Source of the DNA: an uncultured Planctomycetia bacterium
Lineage (GTDB): Bacteria; Omnitrophota; Gorgyraeia; 2-01-FULL-45-10; JAHFGN01
Direction of reading: 5' to 3'
Assembly (NCBI GenBank): GCA_964354545.1
Contig: CAYHAE010000002.1
Coordinates: 3,847 to 67,846, forward strand
DNA: 64,000 bases
Positions 8,605 to 17,644 of this stretch are shown here, in pieces. The translations under genes were made by a program, and so were the position numbers. The notes below the pieces were generated by a model that was not told the origin of the DNA, ran no database searches, and was given only the letters and a program-made list of their open reading frames with translations. The stretch's first letter is position 1; each line of letters opens with the position of its first letter.

Positions 8605-9722
8605 GAACGAAGAGACTTCTCCTCATGTACATCTCGGAAGATTCCGGCCACCATTGCGCGAGCATGGCGGTCGAGAAGGCCCTCCACGAAATCTCCCCGC
8701 GCGTGGAGACGCTCAGCATCAACGCGTTCAACTATACAAACCCGATCCTGGAAAAAGTGATAAGCAAGGCATATCTCGGCGTCGTGAAGCGCGCGCCGGA
8801 ACTGTGGGACTATCTGTACGATAACCCAAAGGTGGTAGAGAAGACGCGGAGGCTGCGCGAACTGATCCACAATGTGAATTCCCCAAAGCTGAGGACCTTG
8901 CTCGATGAGTTCAAGCCCGACGCCGTCATCTGCACGCAGGCATTTCCATGCGGCATGATCGCCGACTGCAAGCGGACGAACCGTCTCACGCTGCCGCTCG
9001 TCGGTGTGTTGACGGATTACGCCCCCCACGCATACTGGCTGTACGACAACGTGGACTATTACATTGTTCCGTCGGAAGAGGTGGGGAGGAGGTTCGTCTC
9101 AAACGGCGTGAGCGCGGAGAGGGTAAAGCCGCTGGGCATCCCGATAGATCCAAAATTCAAAGAGCCGGTCGAACGGGACGCCGTCAAAAAAAAGCTGGGG
9201 TTGGACGGTAAGATCCCTATCGTTCTCATTATGGGAGGGACCCAGGGGCTTGGCCCTATCCGAGAGCTCGCCGCCGCTTTGGATGCGTCACCGCTCGCCA
9301 TTCAGCAGGTCATCGTGTGCGGCACCAATAAGAGGATGTATCGGCGCTTATCCAAAAAAAGGGCTACGTTCAAGAAGAGGACGATCGTGTACGGGTTTAC
9401 GTCCACCATTAACGAGTTGATGGCCATCGCATCGGTCATCGTGTCAAAGCCGGGCGGCATGACAACCGCGGAAGCACAGTCGCAGGGTCTTCCGATGGTG
9501 CTGCTTCGGCCTCTGCCGGGGCAGGAAGCGCTCAATACCGCCTTCCTGCTGCGCGAGGGTGTTGCGGTGAAGGTGCACGATACGCAACATTGCGTCGCGA
9601 TGCTAAGAGACCTATTAGAGAATGAGGATGCGTTGCGTTCGATGAGGCAGAACGCCAAACGGTGTTCAAAACCCGATAGCGGACACGACATCGCACATCT
9701 TCTATTGGAGCTTGCGGGATGA
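8601..9722 (+). CDS. MGDG synthase/UgtP-like glycosyltransferase (GT28)
   Basis: SGHHCAS, VLTDY..H..W, GIPID, MGGTQGLG, SKPGGMT, PLPGQE. Confidence 0.85.
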   Translation: MRTKRLLLMYISEDSGHHCASMAVEKALHEISPRVETLSINAFNYTNPILEKVISKAYLGVVKRAPELWDYLYDNPKVVEKTRRLRELIHNVNSPKLRTLLDEFKPDAVICTQAFPCGMIADCKRTNRLTLPLVGVLTDYAPHAYWLYDNVDYYIVPSEEVGRRFVSNGVSAERVKPLGIPIDPKFKEPVERDAVKKKLGLDGKIPIVLIMGGTQGLGPIRELAAALDASPLAIQQVIVCGTNKRMYRRLSKKRATFKKRTIVYGFTSTINELMAIASVIVSKPGGMTTAEAQSQGLPMVLLRPLPGQEALNTAFLLREGVAVKVHDTQHCVAMLRDLLENEDALRSMRQNAKRCSKPDSGHDIAHLLLELAG

Positions 9723-10609
9723 TACTCCCTGTCCTCTACAGGATCGGTCACTATATTGCGCGTGTATTGCCGCGGAAGATCGTCTATTGCCTCTCTGACA
9801 TCATCGCTGACATCTACTGCTTCTTGTCGAAGAACGATAAGCGGTGCATCATCTCCAATCTGAAGGCCATCGTTTCTCAGGACCCTTCGGAGAAGGAATG
9901 CGAGCGGTTGGCGGGGCGGGTGTTCAGGAATTTCGCGCGATATTTAGCCGACTTTTTCCAACTATCGAAGCTTGACGGGGAGTTTATAAAAAGGTGCGTG
10001 AAGGTCGAGGGTGAGGAGAATGTAAGGAAGGCGCATGCCGCAGGCAAGGGCGTCATTATACTATCAGCGCATATCGGGAATTGGGAGCTTGGCGGCGTTG
10101 TCATGTCGCTCATCGGATATCCGCTTAATGTGGTCGCGCTCACCCATCAGAATCAGGAGGTCAACAACTTCTTCTTGCGGCAGCGCGCTTTCGGCAAAGT
10201 GGAGGTGATACCGATAGGACCGGGCCTCAAGAAGTGTTTTTCCGTGCTGAGGCACAATGGTTTCCTCGCGCTCCTGGGTGACAGGGACTTCTCGGACCGG
10301 GGGATACGGATGGACTTTTTCGGCCACCCTGCGAAGATACCCACAGGCCCTGCGGCATTAAGCGTGAGGACCGGCGCAATGATCGTGCCAACGTTCATGA
10401 TACGGCAGGAGGACGATACGTTCACGCTCACCTTTGAGGAGTCCCTCACCCCTCGTGCGGCAGGGACGAAGGAAGAACGAGAGAGGGACCTCATGGTACG
10501 ATACCTCGCCGTCATAGAAGGATACGTAAGGAAGTACCCTACGCAATGGTTCATGTTCCAAGAGGTGTGGAATGACAAAGCGAATAGCGGTCCTTATACC
10601 GTCATATAA
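9719..10609 (+). CDS. LpxL/PatA-family lipid acyltransferase
   Basis: SAHIGNWELGG (HX4E), LLGDRD, FFG, PTQWFMF. Confidence 0.85.
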   Translation: MILPVLYRIGHYIARVLPRKIVYCLSDIIADIYCFLSKNDKRCIISNLKAIVSQDPSEKECERLAGRVFRNFARYLADFFQLSKLDGEFIKRCVKVEGEENVRKAHAAGKGVIILSAHIGNWELGGVVMSLIGYPLNVVALTHQNQEVNNFFLRQRAFGKVEVIPIGPGLKKCFSVLRHNGFLALLGDRDFSDRGIRMDFFGHPAKIPTGPAALSVRTGAMIVPTFMIRQEDDTFTLTFEESLTPRAAGTKEERERDLMVRYLAVIEGYVRKYPTQWFMFQEVWNDKANSGPYTVI

Positions 10610-11249
10610 CGAAGGGAAGACGATAGGCACAATCGTCGAGGCCGTGAGGGAGCGGGGTTTGATCGCATACGTCGTCGATGACGGATCGAGGGACGATACG
10701 GCGCGGGAAGCAGCGTCGCACGGGGCGACCGTGCTCTCCCACGAGGTCAATCAGGGCAAGGGCGCTTCATTGCGAGACGGTTTTTTCAGGATCGTAAAGG
10801 ACGGGTACGACTATGTCCTCGTGATGGACGGAGACGGGCAGCATCGGACTGAGGATATCGACCGGTTGATCCGGAAGATGGAGGAGGCGGACGCAGGGAT
10901 GGTGGTGGGGAACAGGATGGGTGATCCGAAGTCCATGCCGCGCGTGAGGGTTGTCGTCAATCATTTTATGTCGTCTCTCATATCCGTATTGTCGGGGCAG
11001 AATATCCCTGATACGCAGTGCGGTTTCAGGCTGATAAAGACCACGCTCCTTGAGAGCGTCGCACTCCATTCATCGCACTATGAGACCGAGTCCGAGATCC
11101 TGATCAAGGCGGCGAGGAAAGGCTGGAAGATCGAGTCGGTTCCGATCACGACCGTTTACCGGAAAGAGACGAGCCGGATCAGGCCGGTACGGGACACGCT
11201 GCGGTTTCTCGCGCTCGTGGCGCGTCTGGTCTTCCGCGAAAGGGATTGA
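10572..11249 (+). CDS. GT2 glycosyltransferase (DPM1-like)
   Basis: IPSYNE, VDDGSRD, NQGKG, MDGDGQH, DTQCGFR. Confidence 0.88.
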   Translation: MTKRIAVLIPSYNEGKTIGTIVEAVRERGLIAYVVDDGSRDDTAREAASHGATVLSHEVNQGKGASLRDGFFRIVKDGYDYVLVMDGDGQHRTEDIDRLIRKMEEADAGMVVGNRMGDPKSMPRVRVVVNHFMSSLISVLSGQNIPDTQCGFRLIKTTLLESVALHSSHYETESEILIKAARKGWKIESVPITTVYRKETSRIRPVRDTLRFLALVARLVFRERD

Positions 11250-11251
11250 GC

Positions 11252-11893
11252 ATGGACCATGAGGTGCAGAGAAGGCGGATGGTTGAAGAGCAGATCGTGT
11301 CTCGAGGGATCGCGGACGAGCAGGTCATCGTCGCGTTCAGGAGGGTCTCCAGGCACGAATTCGTGCCCCCCGCACTCGTCGAGTATGCATACGACGATCA
11401 CCCTTTGTCGATAGGGGAGGGGCAGACGATATCCCAGCCATACATGGTGGCCCTCATGACTGCGTGTCTGCAATTGAAAGGAGCGGAAAAGGTCCTCGAG
11501 ATAGGCACCGGGAGCGGCTATCAGCTCGCGATACTTGCAGAGATCGTGAAAGAGGCCTATTCCGTCGAAAGGATAGAATCTCTCGCCCGTCGTGCGGAGG
11601 CCGTGCTTCAGCGCCTTGGATACGTGAATTTTAAAATAAAGGTCGGCGACGGAACGCTCGGATGGGAAGAGCATAGTCCTTATGATTGTATTATCGTGAC
11701 CGCGGCCTCGCCCCAGATCCCGCAGAGCCTCGTGCGGCAGCTGAAGGACGGCGGCAGGCTGGTGATACCCGTGGGAGGGGCTTTCGGTCAAGTGTTGACG
11801 GTCGTGGCGAGGAAAGGAAAAGACGTTTCCCTGGAAGAGGTGTGCGGGTGCGTCTTTGTCCCGCTCGTTGGTAAGGAGGGGTGGCACGCATAG
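11252..11893 (+). CDS. pcm: protein-L-isoaspartate O-methyltransferase
   Basis: GQTISQPYMVA, VLEIGTGSGYQ, GDGTLGW, FVPLVG. Confidence 0.95.
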   Translation: MDHEVQRRRMVEEQIVSRGIADEQVIVAFRRVSRHEFVPPALVEYAYDDHPLSIGEGQTISQPYMVALMTACLQLKGAEKVLEIGTGSGYQLAILAEIVKEAYSVERIESLARRAEAVLQRLGYVNFKIKVGDGTLGWEEHSPYDCIIVTAASPQIPQSLVRQLKDGGRLVIPVGGAFGQVLTVVARKGKDVSLEEVCGCVFVPLVGKEGWHA

Positions 11894-11896
11894 CCT

Positions 11897-12400
11897 ATGT
11901 TAGAGGCACTGCTTACAGCGCTCAATGGTAGTCCCCGGGAGCTCATCACGCTCATCGTCGCGGCCCTCCCCCTCGCGGAACTGAGGGGGTCGATACCGCT
12001 CGCCCTCGCGATGAAGATGAGCCCGGTGAACGCCTTTGTGTGGTCTATCATCGGGAACTCTCTCATCATCGCGCCGACGCTTTTCTTGCTCGAGCCCGTC
12101 TCGAACGCCCTGAGGCGATTCGTGCTGTGGAGGAAATTCTTCGACTGGCTGTTCGAGAGGACGAAGAAGAAGGCCGACGTCATTCAAAAGTACGAGGCGC
12201 TGGGGCTCATGATCTTCGTCGCGATCCCGCTCCCGATGACGGGGGCGTGGTCGGGGTGCGTTGCCGCGTCGCTCTTCAAGATCAAGTTTCGGTACGCGTT
12301 CGCTGCGATATTCTTGGGCGTCGTGCTCGCCGGAGCGATCGTCATGGCAGTGTGCCTCTTTGGAATAGGGGCGCTGAAGATCTTCCTCGCCTATCGATAG
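11897..12400 (+). CDS. putative small multi-drug export family membrane protein (COG2426)
   Basis: ELRGSIP and FVAIPLPMTGAWSG signature; hydrophobic. Confidence 0.85.
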   Translation: MLEALLTALNGSPRELITLIVAALPLAELRGSIPLALAMKMSPVNAFVWSIIGNSLIIAPTLFLLEPVSNALRRFVLWRKFFDWLFERTKKKADVIQKYEALGLMIFVAIPLPMTGAWSGCVAASLFKIKFRYAFAAIFLGVVLAGAIVMAVCLFGIGALKIFLAYR

Positions 12401-12426
12401 CGCTGGCCGCAGTCGGAATAAAAACC

Positions 12427-12455
12427 TTGAGCGGATACACAAGGCGTGGTAATAT
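12427..12455 (+). promoter_or_regulatory. sigma70-type promoter
   Basis: TTGAGC-17-TAATAT with TG extension. Confidence 0.45.
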
Positions 12456-12479
12456 TAAGAAGGTGCGGTGTCGTAATTG

Positions 12480-13025
12480 ATGAGAGGTCATAGCGAGGCA
12501 CGAGGCGCCCGGGTGCGTGCGTGGGCCGTCTTCGCTGCCTCCGTATTGAGTGTGGCCGCAGTAGCGGGCTGTGCGACAGTGCCCCGCCAGCCTCCTGCAG
12601 GGAGAGAGGTCATCCAGGAGCATGGGACCGGTCCCGGCTCCGCAAGAACGGCCTTCTTCGTGTGGCCCGTGCAGGGCAGGGTGAGCTCGTACTTTGGCGA
12701 GGAGGCCGACGGGATAAGGAACAAGGGCCTCGACATCGCCTCCGAGGACCGTTCCTTTGTCCGTGCGGCGCAAGACGGGATTGTCGTCTTCTCGAGCCCG
12801 AGCCTGAGGGGTTTCGGGAGGACCGTCATCATCGAGCACGATGGCGGCTTCGAAACCGTGTACGCGTATAACTCAGAGCTCCTCGCAAAGACCGGCGACG
12901 TTGTAAAACAGAACGATTGTATTGCGAGGGTGGGCACGAGCGGCAGGGCCCGTCAACCAACGCTCCATTTTGAGATACGAAAAGACGGGCGGCCGAGGGA
13001 TCCCTTAGAGTTCCTGTCGTCCTAG
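12480..13025 (+). CDS. nlpD: NlpD-like lipoprotein with degenerate M23/LytM domain
   Basis: Lipobox AVAGC; WPVQG, NKGLDI (no His), YAYNS, LHFEIR; lies downstream of pcm as in the known pcm-nlpD synteny. Confidence 0.7.
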   Translation: MRGHSEARGARVRAWAVFAASVLSVAAVAGCATVPRQPPAGREVIQEHGTGPGSARTAFFVWPVQGRVSSYFGEEADGIRNKGLDIASEDRSFVRAAQDGIVVFSSPSLRGFGRTVIIEHDGGFETVYAYNSELLAKTGDVVKQNDCIARVGTSGRARQPTLHFEIRKDGRPRDPLEFLSS

Positions 13026-13059
13026 GCGTTTCTCACCACGCAGGGAGTACTCACGCGCT

Positions 13060-14691
13060 ATGCTGAGCGAACCAGTTGTAGGCAAGAATTTTTTTGGCAG
13101 GGAAGAGATACTGAGCCTTCTCGATAAGCGCACGAAGGCCATGGAAGAGGGCTACCGTCAGAACGTGGCCATCACCGGGCAGAGCCTGGCAGGCAAGTCG
13201 TCGCTCTTGCAGCATTTCCTTTATAACTCCCTGCGCGACACGTTCCTGCCCATCTACGTTGAGGTATTCAAAGAGGATTTCCCCTCGTTCGCGAATAAAT
13301 TCATCGCGACCCTGCTCTATAATTCGCTGAAGGCAAAAGAGGAACCGGCGTGCGAAGGCATCGGCGAGCTCCTCAGCAAGGCGGAGAGGTTCTTCCCGAA
13401 GACGGCCCATGCTGCCAAGGAGGTCCTGGCCCTGATCGAGAAGAGCCAGCTCGACGAGGCGTACGTCAACCTCTTGGGGCTCACGTCTGTGGCGAAGGAA
13501 GAGACCTCGAAGTCGTGCATCGTCATCCTCGACGAGTTCGATAACATTTCGTACTTCAGGATAAAGAATCCCTTCCTCCAATTCGGGAAGGTGATCATGG
13601 TGCAGAAAGATACCATGTACATCATATCGAGTTCCCGAAACTCGGCCGTGAAGAAAATACTCCAGGAGAAGCTGTCGCTCCTCTTCGGGAATTTCGAAAC
13701 GGTCGAAGTCCGCGGGTTCGACGCGAGGACCTCCGCCGCCTTTCTCTCGAAAAAGGCGAACCCGTTTTCGGCGGATGAAGACGTCACAAGATTTCTCACG
13801 TACTTTACGGGAGGAAACCCTTTCTATATCGAACAGATCGTGCGTGAGGCAAAGAATATCATGCGGGAGAAATCGCGCACGCAGATCGACCTCGAATCGA
13901 TCGAAGAGGCGATATTGAACCTCGTGTACGCATCGAACGGCACCGTGCATCAATACCTCAACAGCCTTCTCCTCGAACTCCTGGACACGAAATCCCGCGA
14001 GGCCCTTCTCAAGATATTATGCTCGATCGCATGCGGAAGCATAAAACAGAGGGCCATCGCGCGAGACTTGAGGAGGAGTTACAGCGATGTCTCGCACTGC
14101 CTCTCTTTGCTGATAGACCTGGGGCTCGTGTCGAAGAACGGTGTCTTCTATATGGTCTCCGACAGCATGCTCAGCTTCTGGCTCGAACACGTCCACGTCA
14201 AGCGGCAGCAGATGCTCGTCAATTACATCGTGGACAAGACGCGGGTCTACAGGGAGGATATCCATGCGTACGTCTCCGACTTCTTACAGGAATCGAAGAA
14301 GAGCGTTCTCGAGAGGGCCTACGAGCTCTTCCATCTCTTCGCAAACGACATCGTCGAAATAGAGGATAAGAAACTTCTGCTGCCACAGTGCGACAAGGTC
14401 GAGATCAAGACCTTCGACGATATAACGCCCTATATTGTGGCGTCTTCCAAGAAGGCCCAGTGGATATGCCAGATATTTGAGCACACCCTGGGAGACCTCC
14501 AGATATCCGAATTCGTAAAGAACCTCACGTCTCTCGAACATAAAGTGGCACGGAAGATCGTGGTTCCCGTTTACGGCGTGGAGGAAAACACGAGGCTCCT
14601 GGCCAAGGAATTGAGGATACTCACATGGGATCTGGAGACGATGAACATGCTCCTTCGTCTTTACAACAGAAAGGGCATTGTCGTTCGGTAG
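13060..14691 (+). CDS. archaeal-type AAA ATPase with winged-helix region
   Basis: FFGREE, Walker A GQSLAGKSS, Walker B VILDEFD, TGGNPFY, HTH-like segment near residue 330. Confidence 0.75.
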   Translation: MLSEPVVGKNFFGREEILSLLDKRTKAMEEGYRQNVAITGQSLAGKSSLLQHFLYNSLRDTFLPIYVEVFKEDFPSFANKFIATLLYNSLKAKEEPACEGIGELLSKAERFFPKTAHAAKEVLALIEKSQLDEAYVNLLGLTSVAKEETSKSCIVILDEFDNISYFRIKNPFLQFGKVIMVQKDTMYIISSSRNSAVKKILQEKLSLLFGNFETVEVRGFDARTSAAFLSKKANPFSADEDVTRFLTYFTGGNPFYIEQIVREAKNIMREKSRTQIDLESIEEAILNLVYASNGTVHQYLNSLLLELLDTKSREALLKILCSIACGSIKQRAIARDLRRSYSDVSHCLSLLIDLGLVSKNGVFYMVSDSMLSFWLEHVHVKRQQMLVNYIVDKTRVYREDIHAYVSDFLQESKKSVLERAYELFHLFANDIVEIEDKKLLLPQCDKVEIKTFDDITPYIVASSKKAQWICQIFEHTLGDLQISEFVKNLTSLEHKVARKIVVPVYGVEENTRLLAKELRILTWDLETMNMLLRLYNRKGIVVR

Positions 14692-14696
14692 GGCTT

Positions 14697-15179
14697 ATGA
14701 AGATACTTGTATTATCGGACACTCATATACCAAGGGCTGCGGGAGACCTCCCTCGAGCCATCTACGACGCAATCGCGGATGTTGACCTCGTGCTCCACGC
14801 AGGGGATTTTGTCGAGATCGAGCTGTGGGAGAAGCTGAAGAAGATGAAAGAGCTCGTGGCCGTACATGGCAATATGGATTCGAAAGAGCTGCGGGATATC
14901 CTCAAGGCAAAGGAGGTGGTGAGCGTCGGCGCTTTTAAGATCGGCCTCATCCACGGTTATGGCGCCCCGGTGAATTTGCAGAAGGTGGTGCGTTCCGAAT
15001 TCGGCAACGTTGATGCGATAGTATTTGGGCACTCGCACGCGCCCTCCACTACCGTTGATAACGGTATCCTCTTTTTTAACCCCGGATCGCCGACCGACAG
15101 GGTGTTCGCTCCCTACAACTCGTACGGCGTGCTCACCGTCACAGAGGACGGAATACGCGGAGAAATCGTAAAAGTATGA
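14697..15179 (+). CDS. YfcE-family metallophosphoesterase
   Basis: LSDTH, HAGD, HGNMD, FGHSH, NPGS. Confidence 0.9.
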   Translation: MKILVLSDTHIPRAAGDLPRAIYDAIADVDLVLHAGDFVEIELWEKLKKMKELVAVHGNMDSKELRDILKAKEVVSVGAFKIGLIHGYGAPVNLQKVVRSEFGNVDAIVFGHSHAPSTTVDNGILFFNPGSPTDRVFAPYNSYGVLTVTEDGIRGEIVKV

Positions 15180-16000
15180 TCTCTCAGATACCCGTCATCA
15201 TGGTCGAAGGGAAGACCCTGCCCGAGGTGTGGGAAAGAGCGGTCCTCGACACGTGGGAGAAGGGGATCGCGATAAGGACCGAGTATGACAAGCCCGAGGA
15301 CCCCGCGAGCAGAGACTGCACGATGGTCATGGTCATCGATGGGCCTATGTCGGAGCCGCGCATCCACAGGGCCTTTCCCGGAAGCCTCGAGGACCTCGAG
15401 GTATACAGGCAGGAGGTCGTCGACGGCATACACGACCAATGGATAAACCCGGACGAAGGCAAGTGGACGTATACGTACCACCAGAGGATCTTCAATTATC
15501 CGGCGGGCAAGAGCGCGGTGGATCAGATCGGCTCGATGGTCGATAAGCTCGCGTCGGTCCCGCACACGAGGAGGGCGCAGGCGATTACCTGGGACCCGTC
15601 GCAGGACCCCGTGACGGACGACCCTCCCTGTTTACAGAGGATATGGTGCAGGCTCGTCCAGAAAGGCGCCGACCGATACTCCCTCGCGATGAATGCGCAC
15701 TGGAGGTCGAGGGACGCCTTCAAAGCAAGCTTTATGAATATGTACGCATTGACAGACCTCCAGCGCCTCATTGCGAGCCGGCTTCAGGAAAAGATGAAAA
15801 GGCCGGTTGAGGCGGGCAGATATGTCGACATAAGCGACAGCTTCCATATCTACGGCAGCTATGCCGTAGAGTTCCAGAATTTCTTGGATCTCATCAAGAA
15901 GAGGACTTTTGAAGAGAGGACGTGGGTCACAAAATTTGCCCAGCCGTTTTTCGAGGATGCAAAACGGCGGCTATTAGAGGAGAGGGCGAGGGCGCGATAG
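15176..16000 (+). CDS. thymidylate synthase, archaeal-like ThyA family
   Basis: YTYHQR, RRAQAITW, PPCL (catalytic Cys), WRSRDAFKASFMN, SFHIYG. Confidence 0.75.
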   Translation: MISQIPVIMVEGKTLPEVWERAVLDTWEKGIAIRTEYDKPEDPASRDCTMVMVIDGPMSEPRIHRAFPGSLEDLEVYRQEVVDGIHDQWINPDEGKWTYTYHQRIFNYPAGKSAVDQIGSMVDKLASVPHTRRAQAITWDPSQDPVTDDPPCLQRIWCRLVQKGADRYSLAMNAHWRSRDAFKASFMNMYALTDLQRLIASRLQEKMKRPVEAGRYVDISDSFHIYGSYAVEFQNFLDLIKKRTFEERTWVTKFAQPFFEDAKRRLLEERARAR

Positions 16001-16005
16001 GTCCG

Positions 16006-16476
16006 ATGGATACCCTGTGGGCTCCATGGCGGGGCAGCTATATACGCATGAAGAAAAGTTCTCGCTGCATATTTTGCATTGGGAGATCCCCGAAGGCCGA
16101 CGCGAAGAGGTACATCATCTCGCGGAGCGCACACGCCTTTTCGCTTTTGAATAGGTATCCCTACAATAGCGGACATGTCATGATAGCCCCGTACAGACAC
16201 GAGAAGGACATTTCCCGTCTGGAAGGCGCGGAGCTGACGGATATGATCGAGCTTCTTATCGAGACGAAAAAGGTCCTCGACAAAAAACTTAAGCCCCACG
16301 GATACAATGTAGGCATCAACCTCGGCACAATGGCAGGCGCCGGTTTCGATGCGCACGTCCATATCCACATAGTCCCGCGCTGGAAAGGCGATACGAACTT
16401 CATGCCCGTCACCGCACGGTCCAGGGTCGTCCCCGATTCTCTCGAGGCGATGTACCGGCTCCTGAGAAAGGCCTGA
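16006..16476 (+). CDS. HIT-family Ap4A phosphorylase/hydrolase
   Basis: LWAPWR, NRYPYNSGH, HVHIHIVPRW. Confidence 0.88.
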   Translation: MDTLWAPWRGSYIRMKKSSRCIFCIGRSPKADAKRYIISRSAHAFSLLNRYPYNSGHVMIAPYRHEKDISRLEGAELTDMIELLIETKKVLDKKLKPHGYNVGINLGTMAGAGFDAHVHIHIVPRWKGDTNFMPVTARSRVVPDSLEAMYRLLRKA

Positions 16477-16477
16477 G

Positions 16478-17629
16478 ATGCTCAAGAGGAGGGATCTCGA
16501 AAGAAAGGAAGAGCTTCTCGCATCTTACGCGCAGAGGTCCCGCTATTCCAAAGGCAGGGTGTACAGGGAAGAGGAGCATGGGTACCGGTCTTGTTACCAG
16601 CGTGACAGGGACCGGATCATCCATTCGACCGCCTTCCGGAGGCTGGAATACAAGACCCAGGTCTTTGTCAACCACGAAGGGGACTACTACCGGACGCGCC
16701 TCACCCATACCCTTGAGGTGACGCAGATCGCGCGGTCCATCGCGAGGTCTCTAAAGCTCAACGAGGATCTCGTCGAGGCGCTATCGCTCGCTCACGATCT
16801 CGGGCATACCCCTTTTGGCCATTCAGGTGAGGATGCGCTCAGAGAGATAATGAAAGAGCGCGGCGGTTTCGACCACAACACGCAGGGCCTGAGGGTCGTG
16901 GACTATCTGGAGGAGCGGTACCCGAACTTCCCGGGCCTCAATTTGACCTATGAGGTGAGGGAAGGGATAATCAAACACTCGACGCCCTTCGACCGCCCGC
17001 GCCCCGCCTTGCCGTTTGAATCGACGAAGTCGCCCCTTTTAGAGGTGCAGGTGGTCGACATCGCGGATGAGATCGCGTACGACAACCACGACCTCGACGA
17101 CGGCATCACGAGCGGGCTCATCGACGAATCCATGGTAAAGCCCGTGCCGCTCTGGCGGGAGGTGTCGGCAAAGGTAAAGAAGGAATTCTCCCATCTCAAG
17201 GACGAGATCAGGAAATGCCAGATCATCAGATATCTGATAAACGACCAGGTGACTGACGCCATCCTGCAGACGGAGCGGAATATCAAGACCTTCAAGATCA
17301 CCTCTTTGCAGGACGCCCTTGAGATACCCGAAAGGATCGTGAGGTTCTCCCGGGAGATGGATGAGAAAAGGCGGCCGATGAGGGATTTCCTCTCCAAGAG
17401 GCTCTACCAGCACTACAGGGTCGTCCGGATGGCAAACAAGGCATATCGGTTTATATGCGATCTCTTCAAGGTCTATGTGGACGAGCCGGAGCAGCTCCCG
17501 CCACGGACGCAGTCGAGGCTCGCAAAGGAGGATACGTATCGCGTCATCTGCGACTACATCGCAGGCATGACAGACAGGTACGCCCTCGATGAGTATAAGA
17601 AATTCTTTGAGCCCTATGCGCGCGTGTAG
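16478..17629 (+). CDS. dgt: deoxyguanosinetriphosphate triphosphohydrolase-like protein
   Basis: RDRDRIIHSTAFRRL.YKTQV, RTRLTHTLEV, HDLGHTPFGH, DYIAGMTD. Confidence 0.92.
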   Translation: MLKRRDLERKEELLASYAQRSRYSKGRVYREEEHGYRSCYQRDRDRIIHSTAFRRLEYKTQVFVNHEGDYYRTRLTHTLEVTQIARSIARSLKLNEDLVEALSLAHDLGHTPFGHSGEDALREIMKERGGFDHNTQGLRVVDYLEERYPNFPGLNLTYEVREGIIKHSTPFDRPRPALPFESTKSPLLEVQVVDIADEIAYDNHDLDDGITSGLIDESMVKPVPLWREVSAKVKKEFSHLKDEIRKCQIIRYLINDQVTDAILQTERNIKTFKITSLQDALEIPERIVRFSREMDEKRRPMRDFLSKRLYQHYRVVRMANKAYRFICDLFKVYVDEPEQLPPRTQSRLAKEDTYRVICDYIAGMTDRYALDEYKKFFEPYARV

Positions 17630-17644
17630 TATAATGATATCCCT

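Noticed and set aside
12480-13025. Loss of zinc ligands in the M23 domain as a novelty
   Set aside because: Established feature of NlpD/EnvC amidase activators
16478-17629. dGTPase as an anti-phage defence gene
   Set aside because: Typical short housekeeping Dgt in a core operon, with no defence-island context
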